Shown here: piece by piece, positions 40,328 through 49,421 of the stretch
Layout of the letters: the number at the start of each line of letters is the position of its first letter
Numbering within the stretch: the first letter of the stretch is position 1
IMG/VR virus record: IMGVR_UViG_3300014666_000034
Location: 62,001-121,547 of that record
Source of the DNA: an uncultured virus (IMG/VR IMGVR_UViG_3300014666_000034)
Lineage: Duplodnaviria > Heunggongvirae > Uroviricota > Caudoviricetes
Direction: 5' to 3' (one strand)
DNA: 59,547 nucleotides
Position numbers and translations under genes: made by a program
Notes under the pieces: model-generated
The model's input: the letters and a program-made list of their open reading frames with translations, nothing else
Told to the model about the DNA's origin: nothing
Database searches by the model: none

Positions 40328-40493
40328 GAGATGTAAATATTGTAGACATCTCAAAATGGCAAGTCGTTATGGTAATCCAGGCAGTGATTATTATTGTTGT
40401 GTAGCTAAAGACAAGATCATTAGAGATTACTTCCCAGATATGACGCAGGTGCCAAGATGTTTCTGCCAGTGTTATGAGGTGAAAGATGAATAA
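40290..40493 (+). CDS. Small Cys-rich protein
   Basis: CKYC...CC...C.C. Confidence 0.6.
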   Translation: MAEKVRKYRTKHKRCKYCRHLKMASRYGNPGSDYYCCVAKDKIIRDYFPDMTQVPRCFCQCYEVKDE

Positions 40494-40692
40494 TAATTGG
40501 AATTTATTCAAAGATGAGAAACCAAAAGCCGGTGAATCAGTATTGTTCCAAGCAGAACGTGACGGGCATATGTATATCGGATACATTACACCCTACGGAG
40601 GAGTTAAGTGTATAACGGCAAGAAATTCTACCGTAACCGGCATGAAGCCTATCGCTTGGATGAAGTTACCTGAAAGACATAAAAAGAGTTGA
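40486..40692 (+). CDS. DUF551-like protein
   Basis: W.....KP....VL...PIAWMKLP. Confidence 0.65.
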   Translation: MNNNWNLFKDEKPKAGESVLFQAERDGHMYIGYITPYGGVKCITARNSTVTGMKPIAWMKLPERHKKS

Positions 40693-40782
40693 AACAGTGG
40701 TTTCATAGGGAATTTTAATCAACATATGGTATGTGAAACGAGGTTTAATGACTATATATAGTAGGCGAAAGGAGAATTTAAA

Positions 40783-41064
40783 ATGACAATATTAGAAATG
40801 TTAAACAAATCCGAAAAAGACGGGAAAACTTATTATGACTATGACATGAGGTATAACAAAAAATACGGTTTCCATGATTGCTATGGCGAACCTTGGGATA
40901 ATAAAGGCTTTGTGAATGTAAATGAAATTTTCGAGGGAGACACTTGGGAAGAGTTAGATCCTGAAGACGATGTGGATTATGAAAAACCAATGACCATTGA
41001 AGAAATCGAAGAAGAGCTTGGATATAAGATTAAGATTGTTAAAGAAATAAAACCTAACTATTAG
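40783..41064 (+). CDS. Hypothetical phage protein
   Basis: C-terminal MTIEEIEEELGYKIKIV. Confidence 0.7.
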   Translation: MTILEMLNKSEKDGKTYYDYDMRYNKKYGFHDCYGEPWDNKGFVNVNEIFEGDTWEELDPEDDVDYEKPMTIEEIEEELGYKIKIVKEIKPNY

Positions 41065-41078
41065 GAGAAGGAGTAATA

Positions 41079-41285
41079 ATGCAAGATAACGAATTTTGCT
41101 GTCCGGGCGATTTCTATTGGATAAACAAAGACCATGTCAGAATAGCTTGGGGAAGAGGAAAACTTTTGACAATTGCTTCGGTTACGTGTTTCTTTGTTCT
41201 GGGAACGGTGTGTATGATTGGATATTACATATTGTACCCGATCAAATACATACATAGTAAATGCGAAGATTGGTGCTATCGGTAG
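41079..41285 (+). CDS. Small membrane protein
   Basis: RBS AAGGAG; one TM. Confidence 0.6.
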   Translation: MQDNEFCCPGDFYWINKDHVRIAWGRGKLLTIASVTCFFVLGTVCMIGYYILYPIKYIHSKCEDWCYR

Positions 41286-41294
41286 GGGAGAAAA

Positions 41295-41492
41295 GTGAAA
41301 ATAGAAAATATTGATATGTCCGTTAGGTTATATCATCAATTACACTTAAACGGAATTGTAAATATTGATAACTTGGGTTCTCTTTCAAAAGAAGACGTTA
41401 TTATGTGGAGAAACTTTGGGAGACAGTGCTTATGGGAACTACTTGAAATTATGAAACGGTATAATGTGAGTTTTAATGATGGAGTAAATTAA
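41295..41492 (+). CDS. Stand-alone RNA polymerase alpha-CTD-like protein
   Basis: IENIDMSVRLYHQL..NGI..I..L...SKEDV...RNFGRQCL.EL matches the alpha-CTD pattern LSVR.YN.L...GI...RNLG.KS. Confidence 0.75.
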   Translation: MKIENIDMSVRLYHQLHLNGIVNIDNLGSLSKEDVIMWRNFGRQCLWELLEIMKRYNVSFNDGVN

Positions 41493-41726
41493 AACGAGTA
41501 TTTCATGTGGGTACATGGTGTATAGCGATTGGTTCGAGTCCAATATGCTATGAACAAGGTGCCGGTGTGGCAACAATCTTCAGGATAATTGAATCTTATT
41601 TATAAAACAGAATAACGATTTGGCAGATTGTTATTTATAATACAGACACTACACGTAAAAATTCAAGAATAAATAGAAATGAAACTCCGCTTTTAAACAG
41701 AAAAGTTGCACAGAGGAGGTGAGCCT

Positions 41727-41978
41727 GTGACGATAGCGGAATACAATAAGCAATTTTGCCCCAAAATCAGTAAAGCTTATTGCTTTATTAATAATCTGGA
41801 ACACGCAGCGCAGAAAACTGATAACTACGAAGAGACAATGAAACAACTTTTATGTATCGGTTGGGACGACGAGTGCAAAGAGATTATTACTGATGCATTA
41901 GAGAGTTATAAAAAACTAGTAAAAGAACAACTTATTCGAGACATTGAAAATAAAAATACGGAAGGGACTGATTATTAA
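41727..41978 (+). CDS. Hypothetical protein
   Basis: RBS GAGGAGGTG before GTG. Confidence 0.7.
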   Translation: MTIAEYNKQFCPKISKAYCFINNLEHAAQKTDNYEETMKQLLCIGWDDECKEIITDALESYKKLVKEQLIRDIENKNTEGTDY

Positions 41979-42937
41979 TAGTACAAATACTAGAGTTGTT
42001 TGGTGGCATAGGATCTCCAAGAGTAGCCTTGCGGAATCTTGGTGTACCAACAAAAGCTATTGATTATGTAGAAATAGATGAAAAAGCTGTAAGAAGTTAT
42101 AATGCAATGTTTGAAAATGAGCTGGCGTACAAAACACAGTCTATCGTTGGTTGGAACTTAAGACCAGATATTTTGATTCATGGTAGTCCTTGCCAACAAG
42201 TTTCGATATGTGGCTGGATTAGCCCAGCGGGTGTACCTAAAGGAGCAGATGAAGGTTCTGGAACCGAATCCTCTCTTATGTGGGAGACAATTCATATTAT
42301 TCAACAAATGGGCGAATGGAAGCCGAAAATTGTAATTTGGGAAAATGTCAAAGGTGTTAGATATAAAGGAATGAAGGAGAATTTCCAAAGATATTTGAAT
42401 GAAATGGAACAGTTGGGATACACAAATAATCATAAATGTTTAGATGCAAGAGATTTTGGAATCCCACAAGCTAGAGAAAGAGTATTTACAATTTCTTGTT
42501 TGAATGGAACCAAGTTTGATTTTGATAGATTAAGACTCGTTCCAATGAAACCACTGAAAGATTTTCTTCAAGAAAAAGTGAGCGACGCTTATAGCGTTAC
42601 ACAGCCAAGTATACTTAGTGCCGTTGGTAAAACAAAAACCGCAAAACGTGCAACGATTATTTCTGATTATGCTTATACCATTACTGAAAGACAGGATAGA
42701 TGTCCTGCTCAAATTATTGATTGTGGTAATGGCAAGTATAGATTCCTTACAGAGTTGGAATGTTGGAGATTGTTTGGATATTCTGATGAAGATTATTACG
42801 CTGCCGAAAGAGCCAATCCTAAACAGAAATCAGCTATTGTAAACAGAGCCTTATACAAGCAGTCGGGGAACAGTATTGTCGTTCCAATTTTTGAAGAAAT
42901 ATTTAGAGTGTTACTGAGAGATTACATAAAGCATTGA
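41978..42937 (+). CDS. DNA (cytosine-5) methyltransferase (ATA start)
   Basis: ILELFGGIG, HGSPCQ, WENV, PQARERVF, KQSGNSI. Confidence 0.9.
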   Translation: MVQILELFGGIGSPRVALRNLGVPTKAIDYVEIDEKAVRSYNAMFENELAYKTQSIVGWNLRPDILIHGSPCQQVSICGWISPAGVPKGADEGSGTESSLMWETIHIIQQMGEWKPKIVIWENVKGVRYKGMKENFQRYLNEMEQLGYTNNHKCLDARDFGIPQARERVFTISCLNGTKFDFDRLRLVPMKPLKDFLQEKVSDAYSVTQPSILSAVGKTKTAKRATIISDYAYTITERQDRCPAQIIDCGNGKYRFLTELECWRLFGYSDEDYYAAERANPKQKSAIVNRALYKQSGNSIVVPIFEEIFRVLLRDYIKH

Positions 42938-42973
42938 AATTAAAGATTGATAGTAATAGGAATTATACAAATT

Positions 42974-42999
42974 AAAAAAGAGTAGCCAGTTGGCTACTC
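42974..42999 (-). terminator. Minus-strand terminator of the inverted small gene
   Basis: GAGTAGCCA/TGGCTACTC preceded by AAAAAA on the plus strand. Confidence 0.65.
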
Positions 43000-43011
43000 A
43001 ATATATGTACA

Positions 43012-43146
43012 TTATTTGCTAAATTCGATTTTAAATACAACAGCATCAATACTTATCATATTATGATTAGTATCTAAAATGCATAACACTATGATTACAA
43101 TCAAAGCTAAAAAAGTCAACTTTAATTTATTATAACTGTGCAACAT
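43012..43146 (-). CDS. 44-aa hydrophobic peptide, type I toxin-like
   Basis: RBS AAGGAGGTGG; MLHSYNKLKLTFLALIVIIVLCILD...; own promoter and terminator. Confidence 0.6.
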   Translation of the reverse strand: MLHSYNKLKLTFLALIVIIVLCILDTNHNMISIDAVVFKIEFSK

Positions 43147-43337
43147 GCTGCGCCACCTCCTTATGCTTAGAATGAAATATAAAAAATCATAAGCTGTCCT
43201 AGCTACTTTGCTCAACTGAGCGCCGAACCTTCGGACTAATATAGGTGGCATAAATGCCTATCAATAATATATGGCTATCTAAATACGATAGCTTTAGATT
43301 TAAGTTATACTAAAAATTAAGACCATGTTTCTGCTTC

Positions 43338-43365
43338 ATTATACACCATTAACGAAGAATGTCAA
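43338..43365 (-). promoter_or_regulatory. SigA promoter of inverted unit
   Basis: Minus strand TTGACA-N16-TATAAT. Confidence 0.7.
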
Positions 43366-43509
43366 TAGAAAATTTAAAAAATAAAAATAATATTTTTTCC
43401 TTTCATATTATTTGGAAAGTGAGTGTTATATTTGTTTCTTATGAGAGAAAATCAGTGAATTAAATAAGATAAAATGAAAATTTCCTTGTCAATAAAGGAG
43501 GTGATTAAG

Positions 43510-43752
43510 ATATCTGAATTAAAAGATTGTCCGTTCTGTGGTGGTAAAGATATTAGATACTCAACAAAAACCTTTGGATCTGGTAGAAAATCACAGTATC
43601 ACGCTAGTTATTATTGCAATTGTTGCCATTGTTATGGTGCCAGAGTTTTATCAAATAAGGTTGATAGAGACGATTACGATGGCAGACGAGAAATGGAAAC
43701 AAGTGAAAGACTAAGAAGAGCAGCTGAAGAGGCGTGGAACAAACGCACTTAA
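43510..43752 (+). CDS. Lar-family restriction-alleviation-like zinc protein (ATA start)
   Basis: SELKDCPFCGG...C..C...A.EAWNKR; RBS AAGGAGGTG. Confidence 0.7.
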   Translation: MSELKDCPFCGGKDIRYSTKTFGSGRKSQYHASYYCNCCHCYGARVLSNKVDRDDYDGRREMETSERLRRAAEEAWNKRT

Positions 43753-43786
43753 AAGAATGATTTCTTTAGGAAAGGAATAAAGCGGA

Positions 43787-43975
43787 ATGAGCAACAGAGA
43801 ATTATTTGCTAATACAATTTCAGATATGGGGAGTCGCTCTACACACTTTGAAAATGAATGTGAAAGATTCGGAATGACATGGGGGTGTAAGCCTGATTGC
43901 CCCGTATTTGAACGTGGGGAGTGTGAACTTCAAGAAGAGAATGAGGAAATGTTTGTTAGAGAAGATATAGAATGA
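43787..43975 (+). CDS. Small Cys-rich protein
   Basis: Bounded by motifs 43750 and 43968. Confidence 0.6.
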   Translation: MSNRELFANTISDMGSRSTHFENECERFGMTWGCKPDCPVFERGECELQEENEEMFVREDIE

Positions 43976-43995
43976 CGATTTTAAAGGAGAATAAT

Positions 43996-44193
43996 ATGGA
44001 AGAAAAGAAAATAAATACAGTTACAGTTAGATGGAATGATGGCTATAAAGAAGACTTTTCGGCAACAGAAATAAGATTTGGGAGTGATCTTTTATGGATG
44101 CGCCTATTAGATGGATGTAATAGACACATTCCATTAAGACAGGTCAGATGGTTTGGTACTTCAATTGAAAGTCATCAGAACACTGGCATGTAA
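43996..44193 (+). CDS. Hypothetical protein
   Basis: RBS AAGGAG; bounded by motifs 43968 and 44207. Confidence 0.65.
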   Translation: MEEKKINTVTVRWNDGYKEDFSATEIRFGSDLLWMRLLDGCNRHIPLRQVRWFGTSIESHQNTGM

Positions 44194-44225
44194 ACTAAAA
44201 CCAACATGAAAGAGAGGATTTAAAG

Positions 44226-44633
44226 ATGATTTATACAAGTTATTTTGCGAAGCTAAAGTCTTTACCAGATAACGTAGTCCCTATATCAATTTGTGGCAAG
44301 GCTCCTTCTTGGTACAGGGGATTACAATATAAGAAACTTGCTCCGAAATATGGGTTCTTCATGGAATGGAAAGAGAATCATAATAATGAGTATTATATCA
44401 GGTGTTACAAGGAACAAGTTACAGATAAGTTAAATCCAAAATTTGTAGTAGCAGAATTAGACAATTTGCTTCTATCATCTGTTTTAGGTATTGATTGTAA
44501 AATTGATAGTTTGGCGGTTCCTCATATTACACTTATTTGCTATGAGAAACCAGCAGATTTTTGCCATAGACATTTGGTGGCTGATTGGTTAAATCAGAAC
44601 GGATTTAAATGCGAAGAGTATAAATTTAACTGA
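44226..44633 (+). CDS. DUF488-family protein
   Basis: IYTSYF...KLAP...LICYEK...FCHRHLVA. Confidence 0.75.
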   Translation: MIYTSYFAKLKSLPDNVVPISICGKAPSWYRGLQYKKLAPKYGFFMEWKENHNNEYYIRCYKEQVTDKLNPKFVVAELDNLLLSSVLGIDCKIDSLAVPHITLICYEKPADFCHRHLVADWLNQNGFKCEEYKFN

Positions 44634-44848
44634 TGAAAGTAACGATTCATGAAAGGATTGGATAGATGGACAAAAACAATTTTGACAAAATGGTTGATGA
44701 ATTAATTGAGTCATGCTTTGAGGTCGCTACAGGGAATTACTACAACGACAGATGTTTAGAGTTTGATGACGTATTAGAGATATTACAGAAATATATTTCT
44801 ATAGAACCAAAGAAATAATACTTTCAATATGAAAAGAGGTGATTCCAA

Positions 44849-45058
44849 ATAGAATACATAATTAAAGGTGATACGGAAAGATTTGAGGATTGTTTAGTGT
44901 GCGTGTGTGGTAAATCGCTGGAAGATGCAAATGTGGCATTAGAAAGAATGACAAATAATCCAAGTGAAAATGATAAAAGGATTATTAAAGGTCACACAAA
45001 TCTTAGAATTGAAGAAGTTGCAGATAAAAACTGTTGGTGGAATTTTAATTGTGATTAA
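44849..45058 (+). CDS. 69-aa hypothetical protein with ATA start (absent from track)
   Basis: RBS GAGGTG 7 nt before ATA; open frame to TAA 45058. Confidence 0.55.
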   Translation: MEYIIKGDTERFEDCLVCVCGKSLEDANVALERMTNNPSENDKRIIKGHTNLRIEEVADKNCWWNFNCD

Positions 45059-45075
45059 AGAAAGGAGTGTGGATT

Positions 45076-45846
45076 ATAGAAAATAATAAAATAGGTGAAG
45101 TTGTAAAAAATAATAAAGGAACAAAAATGGAGATTATTAAATACCGTAATAAATCTGATATTGATGTAAAATTTCTTGACAAATTTCATTATATTCGTAA
45201 ACATACAACATACGTTAATTTTAAAAGAGGTCAGATTAAAAATCCATACGATAAAAGTGTATTCGACCTTGGTTTTGTTGGAGATGGTAAATATATGACA
45301 TTTGCAAATAAAAGACCAACTAAACAATACATATCATGGTTTTCTATGATGAGAAGATGTTATTCGAATTTAAATTATTATTCGTTGTATGGAGGCATTT
45401 GTACTGTATGTGACGAGTGGCTTGACTATCAAGTATTTGCAAAATGGTATGATGAAAATTACATTGAAACAGAAGAGAGACTTCATCTTGATAAGGATAT
45501 CTTATATCCAGGGAACAAAATATATTCACCGAATAATTGTTTGCTAGTTCCTCAAAGAATAAATGAACTTTTTACATATAAATCAAAAACTGATGGACTT
45601 CCAATCGGAATAAAAAGAACTGATTCTGGTAAGTTCAGCAGTACATATGGCGGCAAATATCTCGGGTCATTTAATACATTAGATAAAGCATTTGAGATTT
45701 ATAAATTGCATAAAGAAGTCAATATTAAAGATGTCGCCGAAAAATATAAGGATGTTATATCTGAAAAACTGTATTCTGCTCTTATGAATTACGAAGTGCT
45801 GATTGAGAATGATGCTAATTATAACAGAGAGTCGGAAGTGAGGTGA
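45076..45846 (+). CDS. Free-standing HNH-like homing endonuclease, paralog of 27934-28695
   Basis: NFKRGQIKNPYD, MMRRCY, VCDEW, LHLDKDIL.PGNKIYSP..CLLVPQ.INE. Confidence 0.7.
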   Translation: MENNKIGEVVKNNKGTKMEIIKYRNKSDIDVKFLDKFHYIRKHTTYVNFKRGQIKNPYDKSVFDLGFVGDGKYMTFANKRPTKQYISWFSMMRRCYSNLNYYSLYGGICTVCDEWLDYQVFAKWYDENYIETEERLHLDKDILYPGNKIYSPNNCLLVPQRINELFTYKSKTDGLPIGIKRTDSGKFSSTYGGKYLGSFNTLDKAFEIYKLHKEVNIKDVAEKYKDVISEKLYSALMNYEVLIENDANYNRESEVR

Positions 45847-46178
45847 TTAATATATACGGAAATGTTGGTGAAAAGTGGGTTCAAATTAAAGAGTTAAAAT
45901 TGGGAGCCTTAGATCTCAGAGAGATAGGAACTGAATTTACAATAAAGGATTACTATTCTGTGCCACACGGCTTTGCTTCAATTGAATATAAGGGTGTTTT
46001 ATTATTCATTCCTGATAAAATATTCGAGGAGCATTTTGTTAAGTGGAGCGAGTATAAACAGTATTATCAGCTTGGAGATAGAATAATGATAAATGCCAAT
46101 GGCAATTTTAGTACATACCTTATTGAAAACATAACAGGTGCTGGACATTATGTGACGTTGGAACTTGAACAGGATTGA
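45843..46178 (+). CDS. Hypothetical protein
   Basis: GTGA overlap. Confidence 0.65.
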   Translation: MINIYGNVGEKWVQIKELKLGALDLREIGTEFTIKDYYSVPHGFASIEYKGVLLFIPDKIFEEHFVKWSEYKQYYQLGDRIMINANGNFSTYLIENITGAGHYVTLELEQD

Positions 46179-46530
46179 GGTTTTGGTGGATAGAAAATAT
46201 CAGAAAAGGGTGCCGAGATTGGTAATCCTGATCGTGAAGATTGGACAATTGAGAGTTGGAATAATAGATGGGAGTGTGGCTGTGAAAATTGAATTAGAAA
46301 ATAGAAGCACCATAGAAACCTTGGAGTCAGAGGATAAACCAATTCGTGGTAAACGAGCAAATATAAATCCATGGTGTTATGACTTTGAGAGACCTGGAAT
46401 TAGTGATGAAAAATTAGATGAAGTATTGGAACCATTTATGGTAAATAATTCGCCTGACTTTAAGCGTGAATATGATTGTATTTGGTGTTCGTCAAGAAAG
46501 GAAAATAATAAAGGAGATTGTAATGGATAA
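46165..46530 (+). CDS. Hypothetical protein (start uncertain)
   Basis: 121-aa ORF filling gap. Confidence 0.45.
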   Translation: MNRIEVLVDRKYQKRVPRLVILIVKIGQLRVGIIDGSVAVKIELENRSTIETLESEDKPIRGKRANINPWCYDFERPGISDEKLDEVLEPFMVNNSPDFKREYDCIWCSSRKENNKGDCNG

Positions 46531-46780
46531 ATGGATTAGAGTGCTAGATCACCAAGCAGCAATTATGCCAAAAGAAAATTGTAAAGTGTGGGTTACTAGG
46601 ACAAATTGTTTTTATGAAATATGGGTACAGATAATTGATTACTATGCAGACAGCGGAAGATTTGATTGGGATGGTGTTAGAGCGTGGATGCCTTATCAGG
46701 AAGAAAAGCCAGAACCATATGATTGCAGTAGATACTTTGCAGGTAAACCTAAGACATTTAAGGTTGTCCATTGTCGTTGA
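46523..46780 (+). CDS. DUF551-like protein
   Basis: KWI...MP...VWVT...VRAWMP...PEPY. Confidence 0.65.
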   Translation: MDKWIRVLDHQAAIMPKENCKVWVTRTNCFYEIWVQIIDYYADSGRFDWDGVRAWMPYQEEKPEPYDCSRYFAGKPKTFKVVHCR

Positions 46781-46812
46781 AATCAACATTTCAAAAGGAG
46801 GATCTATGAATA

Positions 46813-47013
46813 ATGAATATACTTGAGAGTCAGAGTTTTAGAAAAAGAGGAGTGTTAATCAATTCAACAATAGAATTTAATGAAAATGATGAAAGAGAAT
46901 ATCTCGAAATGGTAAACGAGATTGAAGATGCAATTACTGATGTCTTGGATAAAAGAGGTCATGTTTTATTAGTTGGTTCCATTAAGGGATTAACGGCAAA
47001 CGACTTGAAATAA
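46813..47013 (+). CDS. Hypothetical protein (start uncertain)
   Basis: ORF following motif 46778. Confidence 0.5.
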   Translation: MNILESQSFRKRGVLINSTIEFNENDEREYLEMVNEIEDAITDVLDKRGHVLLVGSIKGLTANDLK

Positions 47014-47029
47014 TAGGAGGTGAAACTAT

Positions 47030-47233
47030 ATGAGTAATAAAAATGCAGAGAAGTTATTTCAGAAAACAGCAGAAGATACAGTAAATAAGGTTAGGTTAGC
47101 TGGTATGAGAGCGGGAGCTACCGGCATTCTAGGAGCCGTTTTGAATATGTGTAACGAAGGAAAGAGTGTTGATGATATTAGGCTGTTTTGTGAACAATCA
47201 TTAAATTTAGACGGAATGAAAGGGGATAAGTAG
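47030..47233 (+). CDS. Hypothetical protein
   Basis: RBS AGGAGGTG. Confidence 0.7.
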   Translation: MSNKNAEKLFQKTAEDTVNKVRLAGMRAGATGILGAVLNMCNEGKSVDDIRLFCEQSLNLDGMKGDK

Positions 47234-47234
47234 T

Positions 47235-47510
47235 ATGAGATATATTTCAGATGACAATAAAGTATTTAATTCAGAGCAGGAGTGTTTAGAACACGAAAAG
47301 GTTTTAAACGAAGAGAAAATCAAAAGAGAAAAGTTAATCACAGAAAGGAACAAACGTAAAGATGAAGTTATGGCAGCTTATGATAATTTTATAAAACTGT
47401 CTCATAAATTCACTGATGATTATAATGAACCACTTACTTTTGATAGCGGACTGACCGATTTATTATATCCGTTTATGAAGTCATATCCAAGAAGATTGTT
47501 TGATTTATAA
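47235..47510 (+). CDS. Hypothetical phage protein
   Basis: YISDD.KVF.SEQECLEHE pattern, coiled coil. Confidence 0.7.
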   Translation: MRYISDDNKVFNSEQECLEHEKVLNEEKIKREKLITERNKRKDEVMAAYDNFIKLSHKFTDDYNEPLTFDSGLTDLLYPFMKSYPRRLFDL

Positions 47511-47521
47511 GGAGACAGAAT

Positions 47522-47920
47522 ATGACAAAAATAGAAAAATTTAAAGAACTCAAAAGAGATATGGAAAACAATATTAAATCTGTCCAGTATTGTTTAGGTA
47601 ATAAACTTGACAAGGATAGATGCAGTTATATTAAGGATTCAAGTAATGACAAACATGATTTCAAATTTTCAAAAGAAAAGCATCATTCTTCTGTTCCGAT
47701 ATTTTTTGACGCATACTATGGGTACTATGGAGATAGTGGCGTGTCAATATTCAGGAATGAATTTTACATAGAATGCCTTACAGAAGCTATTAATTCATAC
47801 CTTCCAGAAATAAGAGATCTGACAGAAATGATTATGAAAGACAAAGTGAAACTTGCTCTATCCGAAGCGAAAGGCGAAGCAGAAAGTATTATAAGTCAAG
47901 CAAAAGAATTAGAACTTTGA
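47522..47920 (+). CDS. Hypothetical protein
   Basis: RBS AAGGAG; stop inside motif 47918. Confidence 0.7.
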   Translation: MTKIEKFKELKRDMENNIKSVQYCLGNKLDKDRCSYIKDSSNDKHDFKFSKEKHHSSVPIFFDAYYGYYGDSGVSIFRNEFYIECLTEAINSYLPEIRDLTEMIMKDKVKLALSEAKGEAESIISQAKELEL

Positions 47921-47955
47921 AACGGAAGTTTCATTATAAAAATTGAGGTGGAATT

Positions 47956-48147
47956 ATGGTAGAAGTATTGGAACATGGTGATAAAACAGTTGTCGATTGT
48001 ACTCTTTGTGGGGCAAGGTTGAGATATTCGAAAAGTGATATTAAGCAAGAGGAAGTTTTTGAGACTCAAAGATACAGTTATTTTAAAAACTATATTGTAT
48101 GCCCCGATTGTGGAGAAAAGGTAACAATCAAACAGAAGGAGAAATAG
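47956..48147 (+). CDS. Zinc-ribbon protein
   Basis: CTLCG...CPDCG. Confidence 0.7.
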   Translation: MVEVLEHGDKTVVDCTLCGARLRYSKSDIKQEEVFETQRYSYFKNYIVCPDCGEKVTIKQKEK

Positions 48148-48152
48148 GTTTA

Positions 48153-48722
48153 ATGAAGATATTTTTTGATACGGAATTTACTGGACTTAGAAAAGATACC
48201 ACTTTAATCAGTATCGGTTTAATTTCAGAAGATAAAAAACAGTTTTATGCTGAGCTAATAGATTACAAAGAAGATCAGTGCGACGATTGGATTAAAAAGA
48301 ATGTCATTGATAAACTATATAAAACTGATTGGCACAAAAGAGAATCAGAGTACATCCCGAATTATCATTTAGGGTGCAAATTAGAAATTGGTAAAGTCCT
48401 ATGTAATTGGTTGGCTCAATTCGATAGTGTTGAATTTATCTCAGATGTTTGCCATTATGACATGGTTTTACTAATTGATTTACTTGGAGGGGCGTGGCAT
48501 TTACCTCAAAATCTATGCTCTGCCTGTTATGACATTAATCAAGATATCGCAAGAAAATATGGAATTTCCATGAAAGAAGCTTTTGATAAGTCAAGAGAAG
48601 ATATTTTGTATCAGCATTATAAAGAAAATAGGGTACAAGGTGATAAGCACAATGCTTTATATGATGCCAAGGTTATTCGTGAATTATATCAGATTCTTAA
48701 TAATGTAGATTATGAGAAGTGA
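48153..48722 (+). CDS. DEDDh 3'-5' exonuclease (Rv2179c-like)
   Basis: FFDTEFTGL, LISIGL, YD, HNALYDA. Confidence 0.8.
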   Translation: MKIFFDTEFTGLRKDTTLISIGLISEDKKQFYAELIDYKEDQCDDWIKKNVIDKLYKTDWHKRESEYIPNYHLGCKLEIGKVLCNWLAQFDSVEFISDVCHYDMVLLIDLLGGAWHLPQNLCSACYDINQDIARKYGISMKEAFDKSREDILYQHYKENRVQGDKHNALYDAKVIRELYQILNNVDYEK

Positions 48723-48746
48723 AATTGGGATTTCAAAGGAGGTTTT

Positions 48747-48944
48747 ATGAATAAAAGACCACTAATTTATTGCAATAAAATAAGAGATTATTACTTTGTT
48801 TGGATTTGGAAAATTAGTTTAATTTGGATCACAAATGCTGAACATACAAATCCAGATAAATTCTTTGAGATTTGGAACGGAAAAGCGAAAGCAATTATAT
48901 TTGGTAAGTATGGTATCGGTATTGGGAACAGTTTCGGATCATAG
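48747..48944 (+). CDS. Hypothetical protein
   Basis: RBS AAGGAGG. Confidence 0.6.
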   Translation: MNKRPLIYCNKIRDYYFVWIWKISLIWITNAEHTNPDKFFEIWNGKAKAIIFGKYGIGIGNSFGS

Positions 48945-48952
48945 GAGGTTAA

Positions 48953-49381
48953 ATGACAAATAAAGAAGCAATTAAATCTTTGCAAAATATTGTTGAATAT
49001 TGGGCCGTGCGTCCAACAGAACAGGAGGCAGCAAAATTAGCAATTAAAGCATTAGAGCAGCAAGAAAAAGATCAGTGGATTCCCATAAGTGATGAAACAA
49101 ATCCCAAAAAGAGTGATATATACTTGGCAACATTTGAAGAAAACGGAAACAGGTATGTCGAAAGGTTCTACTTTTCAAATTTTAATGGCTGGCTGATGCC
49201 TATTCCGTGGCAAGATGAAGGACATATAGACAAAATGATTGCATGGCGACCATTCCCAGAACCACATAAAGAACCTGACCTGGTTGAAAAAGTCAAGGAA
49301 GATTTATCAAACTGGACTCAGTGGAAGAAGGATGCTTACAATGAAGAGTTTGTATCTGCACATTCTACAAAATTAGAGTAG
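48953..49381 (+). CDS. DUF551-domain protein
   Basis: QWIPIS...P...YL...IAWRPFPEP. Confidence 0.65.
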   Translation: MTNKEAIKSLQNIVEYWAVRPTEQEAAKLAIKALEQQEKDQWIPISDETNPKKSDIYLATFEENGNRYVERFYFSNFNGWLMPIPWQDEGHIDKMIAWRPFPEPHKEPDLVEKVKEDLSNWTQWKKDAYNEEFVSAHSTKLE

Positions 49382-49421
49382 ATGAAACTGGACTTTCAAA
49401 GGTAAAATAGGAGGAAGTTTA

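Noticed and set aside
41522..41551. Complete second tRNA
   Set aside because: Only a T-arm and a short closing stem; no D or anticodon arm.
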